From contig CAYYQL010000048.1 of assembly GCA_964473825.1 (NCBI GenBank), forward strand, positions 1 to 16,788: a stretch of 16,788 nucleotides of DNA, read 5' to 3'. This DNA is from an uncultured archaeon. Its GTDB lineage: Archaea > Asgardarchaeota > Thorarchaeia > Thorarchaeales > Thorarchaeaceae. Made by a program: the position numbers and the translations under genes. Below are positions 15,912 through 16,788 of the stretch, one piece after another (the stretch's first letter is position 1; every line of letters starts with the position of its first letter). The notes below the pieces were generated by a model, which did no database searches, had not been told where the DNA came from, and was given only the letters and a program-made list of their open reading frames with translations.

Positions 15912-16095
15912 GGGAAACGAACTCCTCGTCCTCGAGAATCCGTCTCTGCCTTCTGGCAAACTCGACCCGCTCTGCAACATCAAGAAGCCGGCGGATGAGC
16001 TCGTCATAGGTCTCTCCCTTCCGGCCATAGCTCTTCAGGAGGTCACGGGTTTCCTTTGACATCGGAATCGTGGTTGTCTCACCCATAGGTATCAT
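15898..16095 (-). CDS. RHH-like antitoxin cognate to RelE
   Basis: 'TTIPMSKETRDLLKSYGRKGETYDELIRRLL...EEFVSLDQL'. Overlaps the toxin start, with a TTATAAG box about 25 nt upstream. Start at 16095 or 16086. Confidence 0.85.
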   Translation of the reverse strand: MIPMGETTTIPMSKETRDLLKSYGRKGETYDELIRRLLDVAERVEFARRQRRILEDEEFVSLDQL

Positions 16096-16440
16096 GTCTT
16101 ATAGTATTGATAGTCACTTATAATCTTATAGACCCTGAGAGGGTCAAGCGTTCATTGACAGGCTCCTAGAACGAACAGAGGGGTGAAGAGTGAACAGGGT
16201 GGCTCGACTGGGCACAAGGGGCAGGAACCCCATTGCACTGACCTCCGACAAAGTCTGCACCTCGGCTGCATTCCAACTACACTATCAAGAAGAGATTCTG
16301 AGGAAGGAACCAAGTTCTTCTCTCTGAGGTTCCGGTTGGTATACTAGCGACTCTACGTTCAAACCAATCTTTCAGTCCACTGACGTTAGACATTGGGAGC
16401 GGCGACCTGAACACTTCACAGACATAGGCTATCGTCGCTG

Positions 16441-16662
16441 TCATCGCTTCTTGATGTAGATGATTAGTAAGACGATTACTACTGCTATCACTACAGAAAC
16501 TCCAAGGATGAAAGGCATCATAGCCCTTTCTTCGGGGGCGATTGTTTCCGTTGTCAGAGGATCTTCTATGACTGTCACTGCTACAGTGTCACTTGCGCTA
16601 TTACCGCTCCCATCCTGTACCACTAGCACGAAGCTATACGTGTTTGGTTCTAGAATAATGCA
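16441..16662 (-). pseudogene. C-terminal fragment of a cell-surface protein (Ig-like repeat end + transmembrane anchor + basic tail)
   Basis: 'LEPNTYSFVLVVQDGSGNSASDTVAVTV', a Thr/Pro linker, a hydrophobic helix and a KKR tail. An in-frame TAG lies immediately upstream, so the N-terminal part is missing. Confidence 0.6.
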
Positions 16663-16788
16663 CTATCCTCTATTTTCTAGTTGCATTGTCCGACAAAAGT
16701 GTCAGATTTCCCTCTTGCCTGCTCCAGGATGCCTTGTGTAGAGGCTTAAATAGGTTCCATCAGATTGAGGAGTGGACTAGGCAAGTGG

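Noticed and set aside
1-16788. CRISPR array, tRNA/rRNA, transposase, integrase
   Set aside because: No regularly spaced direct repeats, cloverleaf or rRNA signatures, or DDE/Tyr/Ser recombinase motifs were seen.

Overview
Archaeal accessory and stress-response region. Archaeal TATA boxes, GGTGA/GGAG ribosome-binding sites and the gene families point to an archaeon; an Asgard/Thorarchaeia-like host is my inference, not shown directly. From left to right: a MoaD/ThiS ubiquitin-like protein with a tail after its GG, two paralogous single-OB-fold SSB/RPA genes flanking a CooC-type Ni-insertion ATPase, an orphan amino-DNA methyltransferase, acr3 plus an arsR that lacks a standard start codon, a divergent dpsL/Fur-PerR pair, a split ComDE/Ppd-like TPP decarboxylase, a frameshifted VOC gene, a QueG/RdhA-like 4Fe-4S protein and a SAM methyltransferase. 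A ~5 kb block (11.1-16.1 kb) follows with three toxin-antitoxin pairs, two antitoxin-like ORFs missing from the ORF track, a YgbA-like gene, surE and a surface-protein fragment. The most striking unexplained signal is a ~190-bp non-coding repeat family within this block: two full copies, one partial copy and one possible inverted degenerate copy. The full copies carry an internal TATA box followed by three conserved hairpins, making them a candidate small RNA, MITE or cassette boundary. No rRNA, tRNA, CRISPR array, transposase or integrase was seen.
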